Shown: piece after piece, positions 53,278-64,000 of the stretch
Layout: every line of letters begins with the position of its first letter
How positions within the stretch are numbered: position 1 is the stretch's first letter
Assembly: GCA_026004595.1 (NCBI GenBank)
Contig: BPJL01000002.1
Location: 65,431 to 129,430, forward strand
DNA from: Patescibacteria group bacterium
GTDB lineage: Bacteria; Patescibacteriota; WWE3; UBA101185; UBA10185
DNA length: 64,000 nucleotides
Reading direction: 5' to 3'
Position numbers and translations under genes: made by a program
The notes under the pieces: model-generated
Told to the model about the DNA's origin: nothing
Seen by the model: the letters and a program-made list of their open reading frames with translations, nothing else
Database searches by the model: none

Positions 53278-54447
53278 ATGAAAAACATACTGATCATAGC
53301 TAACTCAATTGTAGGAAAAGAACCGGGAGTAACGGGAGGGGAGAGCAGGTTTATAGAGCTCGCAAAATGCTGGAGAAAATCCGGATATGAGATTCACTTA
53401 ATGTCTGGGAAAGGCGGAAAAGTTTTGTGCGAAAAAATGAGTCTTCCTGTCGTGCTTCACAACATATCAAACTCTAAAGCCATCGGTCGCGTAGAAATTA
53501 TTTTAAGGTTTTTTAAAATGTTTCTGAATATCCCATCATTGTTATTTACGTTTAAGGAAGGAATAGTGTATTCAGCCAGTGAGCAAATTTACGATGTATT
53601 GCCTGGTTTTATTCTTAAGCTTTTCCACCCTCACAAGATTAGATTTGGTGTAGTTGTGCACTGGCTTCCCCCAGTATATTTTTGGAAAAGAAAGCAATCC
53701 AGCCCTTTAAACTCTCTTATGTTTTTAATTAGCGAGCGGCTAGGACTGCTTTTAGCGAATATCAATGCGGACGCCCTCTTGCCTGTTTCTGAAGAGACAT
53801 TGAACGAACTCGTAAAAAGTAAATTAAATAAGCGCCCTACAAAATTTGTTCTCTGCGGCGTTAATCTTGAAGAAATAGATTCTTATGCATCTCAAACGGC
53901 GGCAAAGAATTATGATGCAGTATTTATGAAGCGGCTCCAAAAAACCAAAGGCATATTTGATTTAATTGAAATGTGGGAGATGATGGTTGTCGAAAAGAAA
54001 GACGCTAAATTATTGATTATTGGTGAGGGTATAGATGGAAACGAAGCGCGTAAAATGGTTTCAGAAAAAAATTTGGAAAAAAACATTGAGTTTGCGGGTG
54101 TTGTTTACGATCCGAAGATAAAATTTGAAATGTTGGCAAGCGCAAAAATATTTATTCTGCCTTCTTACGAGGAGAACTGGGCGATAGTTATTGGCGAAGC
54201 TATGAGGGTCGGACTTCCCGTGGTTTGTTATGCTCTTAAGGAATTAAGAGCTGTTTGGGAAGATAATATAATTTACTCTAAATTAGGGGACAAAAAGGAT
54301 CTTCTTGAAAAGGTTAAGGAATTGCTTGCTAGCGAGCAAAAAAGGTTAGAAATCGCGCAGAAAGCTCGCAGATACGTTGAAAAATATAGCTGGCAGAGGA
54401 TAGCGGAAGAAGAATTGGCTTTTATCTTGGGAAAGGGTAAAAACTAG
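53278..54447 (+). CDS. GT4-family glycosyltransferase
   Basis: Contains ILPSYEENWAIVIGEAMRVGLPVVCY. Confidence 0.8.
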   Translation: MKNILIIANSIVGKEPGVTGGESRFIELAKCWRKSGYEIHLMSGKGGKVLCEKMSLPVVLHNISNSKAIGRVEIILRFFKMFLNIPSLLFTFKEGIVYSASEQIYDVLPGFILKLFHPHKIRFGVVVHWLPPVYFWKRKQSSPLNSLMFLISERLGLLLANINADALLPVSEETLNELVKSKLNKRPTKFVLCGVNLEEIDSYASQTAAKNYDAVFMKRLQKTKGIFDLIEMWEMMVVEKKDAKLLIIGEGIDGNEARKMVSEKNLEKNIEFAGVVYDPKIKFEMLASAKIFILPSYEENWAIVIGEAMRVGLPVVCYALKELRAVWEDNIIYSKLGDKKDLLEKVKELLASEQKRLEIAQKARRYVEKYSWQRIAEEELAFILGKGKN

Positions 54448-54821
54448 AAAACAACCCGCGTTTGTGGTAATAGCTTCTTCGTGTTAGGATACTGAAAAAC
54501 CAAGAGAGGAGGGAAAAGTGGATAATCCAGGGAAAATTGATCCGTTTGTGTGTCAAAATTGTGGAAAAAAAATTGTCGCCTATGATAACTCTTGAGGAGA
54601 GGCTAAAGCACGCTAACGGTGTGTGTAAGAAATGGTTCTCTTTTGTAAAAAAGCAGGAGGAACGCAAAAGACAACCACCTCTTCCTGGTATAAAGTAGCT
54701 TTTTCTGCTGTGTGTTCGGTCCTCCTCCGCCCCCACACAGCTCCCGGGGCTAAAAGTGGTTCCTTTTCTTTCTACTCTCCTTACACTTTTAGCCCCATTT
54801 CTTTGTATAATGTAATCACGA

Positions 54822-56194
54822 TGACCCAGTTGAAATTGTTTGTCATATCATTGGTAGTTTTTATAATTCCATTCCTTATCCCCAGCTTTCGTACATTAAA
54901 CTCTATGATAATTCAAAGCGAGGATACTGTTCCCACTATATTTACTACTATAGCAATTGTTAAAGACAGATCTCTTTATCTTGATCCTTATTATGAAATG
55001 ATGAGGAAAAGATATCCTCATCCCGATGACAAGGATTACAAAAAAGGACTGACCCCATTTTACCTGCAGAAGATTGGTAACCACTATCTCTCAGCATTTC
55101 CAATAATGACGTCAATTATTTCTGTTCCAGTTTTTGTTCTTCCTATTTTATTGGGAATGCCAATGACTTGGGAAAACTTGGCGCTGTTAGGTCATATTTC
55201 AGGCGCATTAATAATGTCTTTAGCCGGTTTGTTTCTTTTTAAGACTCTTAAAGAAGGGTTCAGTTTAGAGGATAAAAAGTCCGGTCTGCTTACAATAATT
55301 TTTCTTTTCGCTACAGTTAATTTTGCTATGCTTTCGCAAGCTATGTGGCAGCACGGGACTCTCCAGCTTTTCACTATTTTAGGTATTTACTTTTTTCTAA
55401 AACAGCATAAATACGCCGAGAAATACGAGTACACCCTTCTTTCCGGACTTTTCTTCGGTTTGGCCTTTTTAGCTCGTCCTACAGCAGGATTGCCAATTGT
55501 TCTTATCGAACTTTACCTAATTTTTTCCAACCTTCATAAGATAGATAAACTTTTTAAAGTTTCTGTGACCTTTTTATTGGGGCTTTTGATCGCTTTCTCT
55601 TTTTTTCTTTGGTATAACTCTGCGTATTATTACGACATACAAAACCAAGGGTATTCTGATCAGATTTTCAAGTCTTGGCTATCACCATTTCCTCTGAGTT
55701 TTATCGGTGTATGGATTTCTCCGAGCAAGGGAATACTGATTTTTTCTCCTGTATTGATTTTTTCCTTTGTCGGACTCTACCTAGCAATAAAAAACAAAAT
55801 TGAAAAAATTGGTTTATATGGAGTTTTTGCCGCTATCGTAATCTTGCATACATTAGTAATAAGTTTTTGGAAGCATTGGTATGGGGGCTGGTCTTTCGGT
55901 TACAGAATGTCGAGCGATGTACTCCCGTATTTTATTTTTTTACTTGTTCCATACATAAACTCTGACTTATTCCAAAGGACAAAGAAGATATTTCTCATTT
56001 TGCTTTTTGTTTCCATATTAATAGAGATATATGGGTTATTCTTTTTTGATGGTATTTGGCATGCGGCATACGACCTCGGCTATGAAGATACGTCATGGCT
56101 TTGGTCTATAAAAGATTCCCAGTTTTTGTTTGATATCAGGCGAGTGTTGGTAAAGTTTGGGTTGCTTAGTTCGGCCTGTCCTAAGTGTTTGTAG
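54822..56194 (+). CDS. Polytopic GT-C-like membrane protein, family unclear
   Basis: Start taken at MTQLKLFVISL, preceded by TGTATAAT. About 12 transmembrane segments. ORF 54632 upstream of this point reads across non-coding sequence. Confidence 0.45.
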
Positions 56195-56245
56195 CGGTTA
56201 GACTGCCCAGCTGGGAAGTGGTAGGATAGCCCTTGAAACTGAAAT

Positions 56246-57448
56246 ATGGAACATAGTGATTGTAAATACAATATAATCTGCCTATCAAACCAGTTGTGGG
56301 ACTATCCCCTTTGGACAAACAAAAAACATGTGATGTCTAGAATGAGCAAGCTGGGGCACAATGTTTTATTTGTGGATCCCCCCATCAACACAGGCCGCTT
56401 ATTTTTGAAACAGATATCAATGGGAAAGTGGCCGCCTGCCAGGATTATTACGAAAAAGAAGAAGGAAGAAAAAGTGTTAATCTATTCGCCGCTTGATTTT
56501 TCTCCTGCTCACGAAAAGCATTCTATTAGCCACGCCAAATCAATTCAAAAGATCGCGAAAAAATATTTTGATATTTCTAGAAAGACTATCCTTTGGGTCT
56601 ACCATGTTGAGATAGCGGGGCTTGAAAACTATCTAAAACACATTGAACACGATTTTTTGGTTTACGACTGTGTTGACAATTATGCAGGGTTTCCCAGATA
56701 CAATACTCCCGAAAAGAAAGAAGCGATAAATAAGAAAGAACAGGCTTTAGCTTTGAGAGCTAATGTAATTTTCGCTACGGCGCCGGGTCTTGTTGAGAAG
56801 CTTAAAAAATTTAACTCCGAGGTTTATTTTACTCCCAATGTCGGTGATTACACTAAATTTTTTGATATAAAAAGACGGGTTGCTAGATTTCCGGAAGATA
56901 TTGCTTCAATTCCCCATCCGATAATCGGTTTTACCGGTGCAATAGATGAGTACAAATTTGATCTTGAGCTTTTTAAGAAAGTGGCTGCGGACTACCCAAG
57001 CTATTCTTTTGTGCTTATTGGGCCCCTTGCCCTGTCCGATCGTGAGGGATCGCTCGAAAAGCTTGGTATTAAGGGATTTTCTAATGTTTATCTACTCCCA
57101 ACCAAACCTTATTCCGAAATACAAAATTACGTGGCGTCTTTTGATGCAGCCATAATACCTTACAAACTGACGGATTATACGGTAGGTGGTTGTTTTCCTG
57201 TTAAATTCCACGATTACCTGGCGGCCGGGCTTCCGGTGGTAGTAACAGACCTTCCGGCTTACGCGCCCTTTTCTGAAGTGTGTTACATTTCAAAAAGCTA
57301 CAATGAGTTTTCTCAATTTATCAGAAGAGCGCTGGAAGAAGATAGCGAGGAAAAGATAAAAGCTAGACAGAAGGTCGCAAAAAATAATGATTGGGATGGG
57401 AAAGTAGAAAGGATGCTTAGGATAGTGACGGATCTCATTTCTAGGTAA
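56246..57448 (+). CDS. GT4-family glycosyltransferase (TuaH-like N-terminus)
   Basis: N-terminal IICLSNQLWDYPLWTNKKHVMSRMS...VLFVDPP. Confidence 0.65.
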   Translation: MEHSDCKYNIICLSNQLWDYPLWTNKKHVMSRMSKLGHNVLFVDPPINTGRLFLKQISMGKWPPARIITKKKKEEKVLIYSPLDFSPAHEKHSISHAKSIQKIAKKYFDISRKTILWVYHVEIAGLENYLKHIEHDFLVYDCVDNYAGFPRYNTPEKKEAINKKEQALALRANVIFATAPGLVEKLKKFNSEVYFTPNVGDYTKFFDIKRRVARFPEDIASIPHPIIGFTGAIDEYKFDLELFKKVAADYPSYSFVLIGPLALSDREGSLEKLGIKGFSNVYLLPTKPYSEIQNYVASFDAAIIPYKLTDYTVGGCFPVKFHDYLAAGLPVVVTDLPAYAPFSEVCYISKSYNEFSQFIRRALEEDSEEKIKARQKVAKNNDWDGKVERMLRIVTDLISR

Positions 57449-57472
57449 TTTAATCTATACTTATATTTAAGA

Positions 57473-58621
57473 ATGAAGATTCTTTACACTCACAACTCGC
57501 AAAAATTAGGCGGAATGGAACAACACGTTCTTGATTTGGTAGAAGGTGTGGGCAGGCAAGGCCATGAGATTTTTGTTTGGTGCCCGGAGGGAAGGCCGTC
57601 GGAAAATTACAAAAAAGCTGGTGCGCAAGTGACTTATAAGCAAATATCGTCTGATTTTGATTCTAAATATATAAACGATCTGGCATCTTTTCTTAAAGAC
57701 AATGAAATAGATATAGTACACTCGCACGAATTAAAAGCCTGCGTTAATGCTCTTTTGGCGTCACGAAAGGCAAAAACCCCTGTTAAAATAACTCATACCC
57801 ACACGCCCATTTCTGAATGGAAAATAAACCCCTTGAAGAAGAAATTGAATGCAATGTTTTATAGTTTTATGGTTAATAAGTATTCTGACGCTGAAATTGC
57901 ATTAACTGAATCAAAGAAGAAAGTGAAAATAAAAGAGGGCATAAAAGAGGGCAAACTAGTTGTCATACCTAATGGAATCAATGTTGAAAAATTTGCCGTG
58001 TCTCACTTAGAGAGAAGAACAGGCGAAGAAGAAATAAGGAAGAAATACGATATAGGCAAGAATGCGTTTGTTTTTGGAAATGTTGGCAGGTTGACAAGAG
58101 AAAAAGGTTTAGATGTGCTGGTTGACGCTTTTCATAAATTTTTGAGCAACGATTATTATCATACTAAGGATTTTGCACTGCTTATCGCTGGTGGCGGCGA
58201 GATGGAAGGCGAAATAAAGCGGATCGCTGCTAATAGGGGTATTTCAGATAAAGTTATCATCACAGGTGAGTTCCCGCCCGAAGATTTAGTTAAGTACTAC
58301 TCGGCCTTTGACTTTTTTGTTTTTCCAACTTTAGCGGAGGGATTCGGTCTTGTTTTGATAGAAGCCCTTTACAATGAACTCCCAGTGATCTGCTCGGACT
58401 TGGATGTGTTGAAAGAAGTTGCCGGAGATACTGCTGTGTACTTTAAGACAGGCGATTCTGCCGATTTAGCAGGTAAAATGATTGAGGCGTATGAAAAGTT
58501 TGTTACTAACGACAATGCGCCCAGTTTTCGGGGCAAACAAAGGGTAGCAAATATGTTCTCCATGGACGCCTTCGTAAATAATTACATTTCGTTATATGAG
58601 AGATTGAGGAAAATAAAATGA
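57473..58621 (+). CDS. GT4-family glycosyltransferase
   Basis: Contains FPTLAEGFGLVLIEALYNELPVICSDLDVLKEV. Confidence 0.85.
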   Translation: MKILYTHNSQKLGGMEQHVLDLVEGVGRQGHEIFVWCPEGRPSENYKKAGAQVTYKQISSDFDSKYINDLASFLKDNEIDIVHSHELKACVNALLASRKAKTPVKITHTHTPISEWKINPLKKKLNAMFYSFMVNKYSDAEIALTESKKKVKIKEGIKEGKLVVIPNGINVEKFAVSHLERRTGEEEIRKKYDIGKNAFVFGNVGRLTREKGLDVLVDAFHKFLSNDYYHTKDFALLIAGGGEMEGEIKRIAANRGISDKVIITGEFPPEDLVKYYSAFDFFVFPTLAEGFGLVLIEALYNELPVICSDLDVLKEVAGDTAVYFKTGDSADLAGKMIEAYEKFVTNDNAPSFRGKQRVANMFSMDAFVNNYISLYERLRKIK

Positions 58622-59766
58622 AGGTTTTGATGCTTGGTCGTTATCATTTAATGGAGCAGGGGCGGAGGAGATAAGGTGCAAATTGATAATACGGCTCGAG
58701 AACTGAAGCGGCTTGGAGTTGATGTTGAAATAAAAACCGATGAAGATTTTGACCTCTTCCTTGTATGAATTGATTCATGTTTTTCAACTTGATTGGACCC
58801 CCCGAAACATATTTCTATGTAAAAAAAGCTTTTGAGGCGAAAAAGCCTATTGTTCTCTCACCCATACATCACAGCATTGAAGAAGTTAAAAGGTTTGATG
58901 ATCAGTACGTATTTGATTTTCGCCGCCTATCTAAAATTCTTTTCAAAAATCAATTCCACCGAGACACATTTAAAAATGTTTACCGTTCTTTACTAGACCC
59001 AAAAAAACTTAGCGACCGACCTTGTTTAGTGTTTTTTATGGTTTTGAGAGGATGCAGAAGGAAGCCTTGGAAATGTCCGACAAGGTGTTGGTACAGACCG
59101 AACTTGAAGCAAAAGATTTAGAGAAAACCTTCGGCGTTAAATTTGATTACGAGATAGTGAGAAATGGAGTCAGTCCTCACTTTATGGAGGCGGCGGATTC
59201 TGGCAGAAATCCTCTTGGAATATCAAATTATATTATATGTGTAGGCAGGATAGAGCCAAGAAAAAAACCAGCTTAGTGTGATAGAGGCAGTCAAAAATCT
59301 TCGAAATAAGACGGGAAGGGGATCTGCAGCTGGTTTTAGTAGGCAGTAAAGCCGGATCTAGGCATTTTGAGTACAATATTTTGTTTGGAAAAAAAACTGG
59401 CTGAGAACCCTTGGATACGCCATATTGAGCGGGGGTTCCATACGAGGAAATGCCCGATTATTACCGAAATGCTAAGGTGTGTGTCAGTGCTAGCTGGTTT
59501 GAGACCACCGGGTTGACAAGCCTTGAGGCTTTATTCTGCGGTACAAACGCTGTAGCGGCGGTGAGAGGGCTAGAGAGTGTCTTAGAAACTATGTTTCCTA
59601 CTGCCAACCCTGGGATTTGAAATCGATAGAAGAGGCCATTTTGAAAGAGCTTGATGCCCCCAGACCTCAAATTGCCGATGAATTAAGGAAAGAATATACT
59701 TGGGAAAAAGCCGCGGCCAAAACGCTGCAGGTTTATGAAGAGGTGCTTCGCAAATGGAAGAAATAG
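58618..59766 (+). pseudogene. GT4-family glycosyltransferase broken by many frameshifts and stops
   Basis: Begins MKVLMLGRYHLMEQG (ATGA overlap with the upstream gene). C-terminus ...ELRKEYTWEKAAAKTLQVYEEVLRKWKK is recoverable in another frame; the pieces in between lie in three frames. Confidence 0.55.
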
Positions 59767-61093
59767 CAATTATTGCAGCAATTTGTCTACTTTCATATTT
59801 TCTTATCCTTCGTGATTTTGATTTTGCGGTGTATGTTATGCTGCTTCTCTCGATCTTCTTGCATAAAGAACTTTTTAGTTTTTACAGGTGGGACCTATTG
59901 CCTATAAGAGCCTTTATGCTTGCTCTTCTTGCCGCAGCTGTTACGAAAATTATTTATTGGTTTTTTCAAGAGCCGAGATCTCAAGATTGTTTTAAAGTTT
60001 GTTCGGGATCCAATTGTGATCTCAATAATTTTGTTATGGATTGTAAGGCTGATATCTCTGGTTAACTCAAAAAACATCCAAGCCTCTCTTTTTTTGTTTG
60101 GGTTTTTTACAACAATTGTGGCTTTGGTGCTGTCCATCTACTTTAATTACAAAGACCGTCAAGACCAAATACTGAAGTTTCTTCGCTTTTACATTTACGT
60201 GGCTTTTGCGCTGACCCTTTTCGGGTGGTTTCAGCTTTACCTTTATCAAACTAGGGAGGTGATTATTGGGGCTTTGTGGAATATACCGGGAAATATTCCA
60301 AGAGTTGGGGCGACTTTTTGGGATGTGAACCACTACGGAGCTTTTTTTGGCGGCCTTATTACCTTTGTTAAGTGTTCTGATTCTAACTGCAGATAGCGTA
60401 AAGAGAAGGGCAGTTGATGTTTTAGTGTTCCTTTCAATGCTGGGTGCCTTGCTGTTGACCAACAGCCGCACAGCCTGGATCATGGTCGGAGTAACATTTA
60501 TTGCCTTTTTGTCGGTGCTTTTATTTAGGAAAATAGGGACAAAGGGAGTTGCTTATCTATTTTTGGCGTTGTTCTTATGTTCAACGCCCCTTCTATATGA
60601 ATACAGCATAAAATCAAGCCCTTTTAGAGCAAGGGTTAAGCAGTATTTCCACTATAGAATGGATTCATTTGATTCGCATTTTATGCTTTTGGCGGGTGCA
60701 GTTGAGGTTTTTGAAAAATATCCGTTGATTGGGGGAGGGTATGGGTCATTTTTTGAGCATTTTAGTGCGACAAAAATTGCTCCGGCATATTTCAGCCGGG
60801 ATCCAGCCGCTTTAAACACAAGAGTGCCCGCCCACACCATATGGGGGGAGCTTTTGGCTGAAACCGGAGTTCTAGGATTAACGACGTTTAGTATATTTGT
60901 TTTTGCAACTATGGCTGGCTTGTTGTACGGCGCCTTAAAATTAATTAATAAAAAAGAATTTTTAATTAGCGCTGTATTTTTTTCGACGATTTTAGGTTGG
61001 CTCGTGGCGGGCGTCTTTTACTCATACAACTCGGAATTTTTCTGGATCATTATCTCTTTTATGACAGCGTGGGGGGAGTGGTGTGATATATGA
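59754..61093 (+). CDS. O-antigen ligase/polymerase-like (Wzy_C domain) membrane protein; two frameshifts (near 59990 and near 60370, the latter at a T7 run)
   Basis: Contains LLTNSRTAWIMVGV and IGGGYGSFFEHF in the Wzy_C periplasmic loop; ORFs 59754-60065, 59920-60396 and 60347-61093 are collinear. Confidence 0.7.
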
Positions 61094-62618
61094 AAAATAC
61101 GGAAGACAGAAAGTGCTAAGCTGGTTTTTCAGATCTGATAAACTCATCGGTGTGTTTTTGTTTTTACTTTCCTTTATGTTAATTTTTTCCAAATCTGGGT
61201 AAAAAATCATCTTATACCTTATGACGAAGCCATTTACGCAAAGATTGCGAGAAATATGGTTCATTCGGGTGAATATCTCTTTATGGAGTGGAAGCCTATG
61301 GCGGTTTGGTTTGAAAAACCGCCGCTGTACATATGGATGATGTCGTTATTTATGAAATCAATTGGAACCACTCCTTTAGCAGCAAGGTTCCCAAGTGCCA
61401 TTATGGGGCTGATGACCGTAATGATGGTTTATTTTGCCGGTAAAAAAATGTTTAACAAGACAGCAGGTTTCTTGTCAGCATTTGTTTTACTCACAACTAC
61501 CCAGTTTCTTTACTACTCACGTGCGGCGATGACTGATGTGACCACAACTTTTTTCGTTACTGCTTCCCTGCTCTCTTATCTGTTTGTGAGAGGGAAAAGG
61601 GGAAATCTTATTTGGCTTGTTCCCGGGGTGTTTGCAGGTTTTGCTGTTATGACAAAAGGTGTTGTAGGACTCCTGCCATTCCCGATAATTTTTTTATGTG
61701 AGATTTATCTTCTTGTTACAAGACAATCAAGATTTTCACCCAGATTTATCGGTCCGCTTTCATTCATGTTATTGGGATGGGCGGTTGTTGCCCTGCCTTG
61801 GCATATTTATATGTATAGGTTATTGGGTTCCGAATTTTTGAGGCAGTATATTGGCTATCACGTGTGGGATAGAGCTGTAACCGCTATTGAGGACAAGGGG
61901 CGTCCATTTTGGTGGTACCTGATAGTTTTGAAAGTGAGTATGAGAATTTGGTTTGTGGCTTTGCTGGCGGCATTGCCCGTGGCCGTTTACAAAGCAACAC
62001 AAAGAGGAGGAGTTTATGTCTTCCTTCTTATATGGGCGCTATTTGTGTTCCTCTTTTTTTCTATCGCGAAATCTAAGCTTGTGTGGTATGTGATGCCTTT
62101 GTACCCCGCTCTGGCTTTTTTGGTCGGCGCCTTTATTGATTCTCTTATTCGATTTGTAATGAGGCGGTTCAGGAAACTTGATAATTTTGTGTTTAAAGCA
62201 GCTGTTCTATTTATAATTTTTGCCGGATCTTTGATTTATTTTTATTTCAACAGACAGCTTGTTTATACTTCGGATCTTACAGGGGGCCGAGGCAGAGCTT
62301 CTGAAATTAAAAGATGAGAAATTTGGAATTAAAGAAAAAGTTTACATCGATCGAATGGATGTTCCGCTCGCAATGTACTACACAGAAGGCCCTTTTGAGA
62401 TAATCGATTTTAGAGCAGACAGAATTGACAGGGTTCCCCGTGTGACCTACGACCAAAAAATGATTTTGCTGACGAAAAAGGGGAGGTTTAGCGAAGAGGT
62501 GGTGGGAAAGAACTACCCTCCAATTGTTATTGAGGAAAGAGGAGACTGGGTGCTTTGGTATTTTGTGTCGCAAAAAGAATATGACGAGTCTGTGATTAAG
62601 CAGTCCGTTCAGCTTTAA
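61090..62618 (+). CDS. ArnT/PMT_2-like GT-C glycosyltransferase with at least 3 frameshifts
   Basis: LIPYDEAIYAKIARNMVHSGEYLFMEWKP...KPPLYIWMMS is the classic ArnT-family N-terminal loop. The C-terminal soluble domain continues in ORF 62259-62618 after a shift at a G5 run. Confidence 0.7.
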
Positions 62619-63804
62619 AAAGCGAGACGAAATACAGTGTTGTCGCCAGACCCGTGATTGCCGAAACAAGATTGGCCCAAGCTATTCCGTATAAGTCATA
62701 AACAGGTAGAAGTAAAGCTACAGCACACCCATAAGAAGCAAGCTTTATACCTGTGGAAATGATTATGTAGTTTGTTTTGCTCTCAACAAAGAAAAAGTTC
62801 TCTAAGAATGTGTGAATTGACGAAATGGCGGCAGCTATAATAAGTATATCTAAAAGTCCGACGGATCCGGCAAACTTTTCACCAAATACTCTGATAACGA
62901 AAATTTCAGATGCGAAAACAGACAGAGCGGCAAGTGCAATTATTCCCAAGCTGATTAAAAGAGTTTCTGCATAATCATATCTTTTGCCTGTAAGTTTTCT
63001 TGTTGCGTTTTTTGGAAGAAGTACTGCGAATATAGAGAGTGATACTAGCGAAAAAATGTTTGAAATTTTGTTAGCCAGGGAAAGAATTCCCACGTCACTA
63101 AATCCTTTTGCAAACTTAGCTATTGCATTGTTTAGCGTTCCCCAGCTTTCATAAACTATTTGGGAAGTGCCGGCAGGCAGAGCTTCCTTGAATAATATTG
63201 CCAGACCAGTCGGATCAATGTGCGGGCGTTTATTTTCTGATGGTAGTCTGAAATAAAGCAGGGCCCCGGCCAATATTGTCAGAGAAAAAACGCCGAAGCT
63301 TAAATCCAAGGTAGCCGGAAATATGTTGGCGAAAAGAGCCACGGCTACGGCCGCCTTTATCAGTTGCGGAATTGTATTTAACAAAATCATTTCAGAGTAT
63401 TTTTCCGCTCGCTGAAAGTATGCATAGAAAAGATAGTTCATCGTGTACGCGCCTGTTCCAAGAATGAAGATCAACGCTATTGTCGGAGTGAATACGTTTA
63501 ACAGCTTTAGGCATACTAGAGAAATTGGTATCGTGATAATAAATTGCAGAATTTTTAAAGTGAACAATGTATCAGACAGTTTATTATTTTGTTCTGTTAT
63601 GGAGCGAGCAACAAAAACTGAGTTCGCTCCGAAGTCTACTATTTTTGAAAGCGTTAGAAGGAGTGTTGAAAGAAGGGCGTACTTGCCGAATGTTTCAAGG
63701 TCAAGGGTGCGGGCGACGGCAGTTAGGAATAGAAAGCCGAGCCCGGCGTTAAACACGTTTCCGGCGCCGACAAGGGATATTTTTTTTATGGATTTTGTTG
63801 GCAC
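62596..63804 (-). CDS. Wzx-like oligosaccharide flippase (MOP superfamily)
   Basis: 402 aa, about 12 transmembrane segments; convergent with the + strand cluster. Confidence 0.65.
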   Translation of the reverse strand: MPTKSIKKISLVGAGNVFNAGLGFLFLTAVARTLDLETFGKYALLSTLLLTLSKIVDFGANSVFVARSITEQNNKLSDTLFTLKILQFIITIPISLVCLKLLNVFTPTIALIFILGTGAYTMNYLFYAYFQRAEKYSEMILLNTIPQLIKAAVAVALFANIFPATLDLSFGVFSLTILAGALLYFRLPSENKRPHIDPTGLAILFKEALPAGTSQIVYESWGTLNNAIAKFAKGFSDVGILSLANKISNIFSLVSLSIFAVLLPKNATRKLTGKRYDYAETLLISLGIIALAALSVFASEIFVIRVFGEKFAGSVGLLDILIIAAAISSIHTFLENFFFVESKTNYIIISTGIKLASYGCAVALLLPVYDLYGIAWANLVSAITGLATTLYFVSLFKAERTA

Positions 63805-63846
63805 AAGCCAATTCTACCAGGTAAATAATGGCAAAGAAATTTAAAA

Positions 63847-64000
63847 ATCATTCTTGAATTTTCAAGGCCTCTTTAAACACCCCTAATGTTATTTTTGCGG
63901 TATGTTCCCAGCTGTATAGTTTAGTTCTTTCGTACCCTTTTTTGATAATTCTTTGCCGAGTTTCGGAATCGTGGAGGATAGTGTTTATTTTTTCGGCTAT
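63847..64000 (-). CDS. C-terminal end of a GT4-like glycosyltransferase that continues beyond the window
   Basis: The reverse-complement translation ...ETRQRIIKKGYERTKLYSWEHTAKITLGVFKEALKIQE* matches a GT4 C-terminal tail. Confidence 0.45.

Noticed and set aside
54632-54821. N-terminal 63 codons of the six-frame ORF 54632-56194
   Set aside because: This part reads across a non-coding, C-rich stretch and a TATAAT box. The hydrophobic protein and a plausible ATG begin at 54822.

Overview
Single-contig 64 kb window, almost entirely on the + strand. The gene content points to a Candidate Phyla Radiation (Microgenomates/Parcubacteria-like) bacterium: about 40% GC, no L30, zinc-type S14, a shortened L3, and very many GT-C glycosyltransferases. 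(1) Positions 1-19958 hold a contiguous rpoB-rpoC-str-S10-spc ribosomal super-operon: rpoB (partial), rpoC, rpsL, rpsG, fusA, tuf, rpsJ through rplO, secY, then a ybaB-like gene and adk. No alpha operon follows. rpoB, rpoC and fusA contain many 1-bp homopolymer indels that break the frame. Because these genes are essential, the indels are almost certainly sequencing or assembly errors. (2) Positions 20.0-21.3 kb encode a membrane-anchored CAP/SCP-domain protein, split by one indel in a T8 run, plus a small membrane protein. (3) Positions 21.3-64 kb are one huge cell-envelope/protein glycosylation locus. It contains three Dpm1-like polyprenyl-phosphate sugar synthases (one fused to a GtrA domain), several further GT2s, UDP-glucose dehydrogenase, at least eight GT4s, at least seven polytopic GT-C/ArnT/PMT-like or DUF2079 membrane transferases, three Wzx-type flippases, two SAM methyltransferases, an O-antigen-ligase-like protein, and a ferredoxin plus B12-binding radical-SAM pair. 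A three-gene island of small unknown proteins on the opposite strand (43.7-44.5 kb) and a lower-GC island of giant membrane proteins (46.9-51.0 kb) interrupt it. Two GT4 genes (51.2-52.4 kb and 58.6-59.8 kb), the ligase and an ArnT-like gene carry multiple frameshifts or stops; these are either decayed paralogues or further homopolymer errors. No rRNA, tRNA, CRISPR array or recognisable transposase was found.
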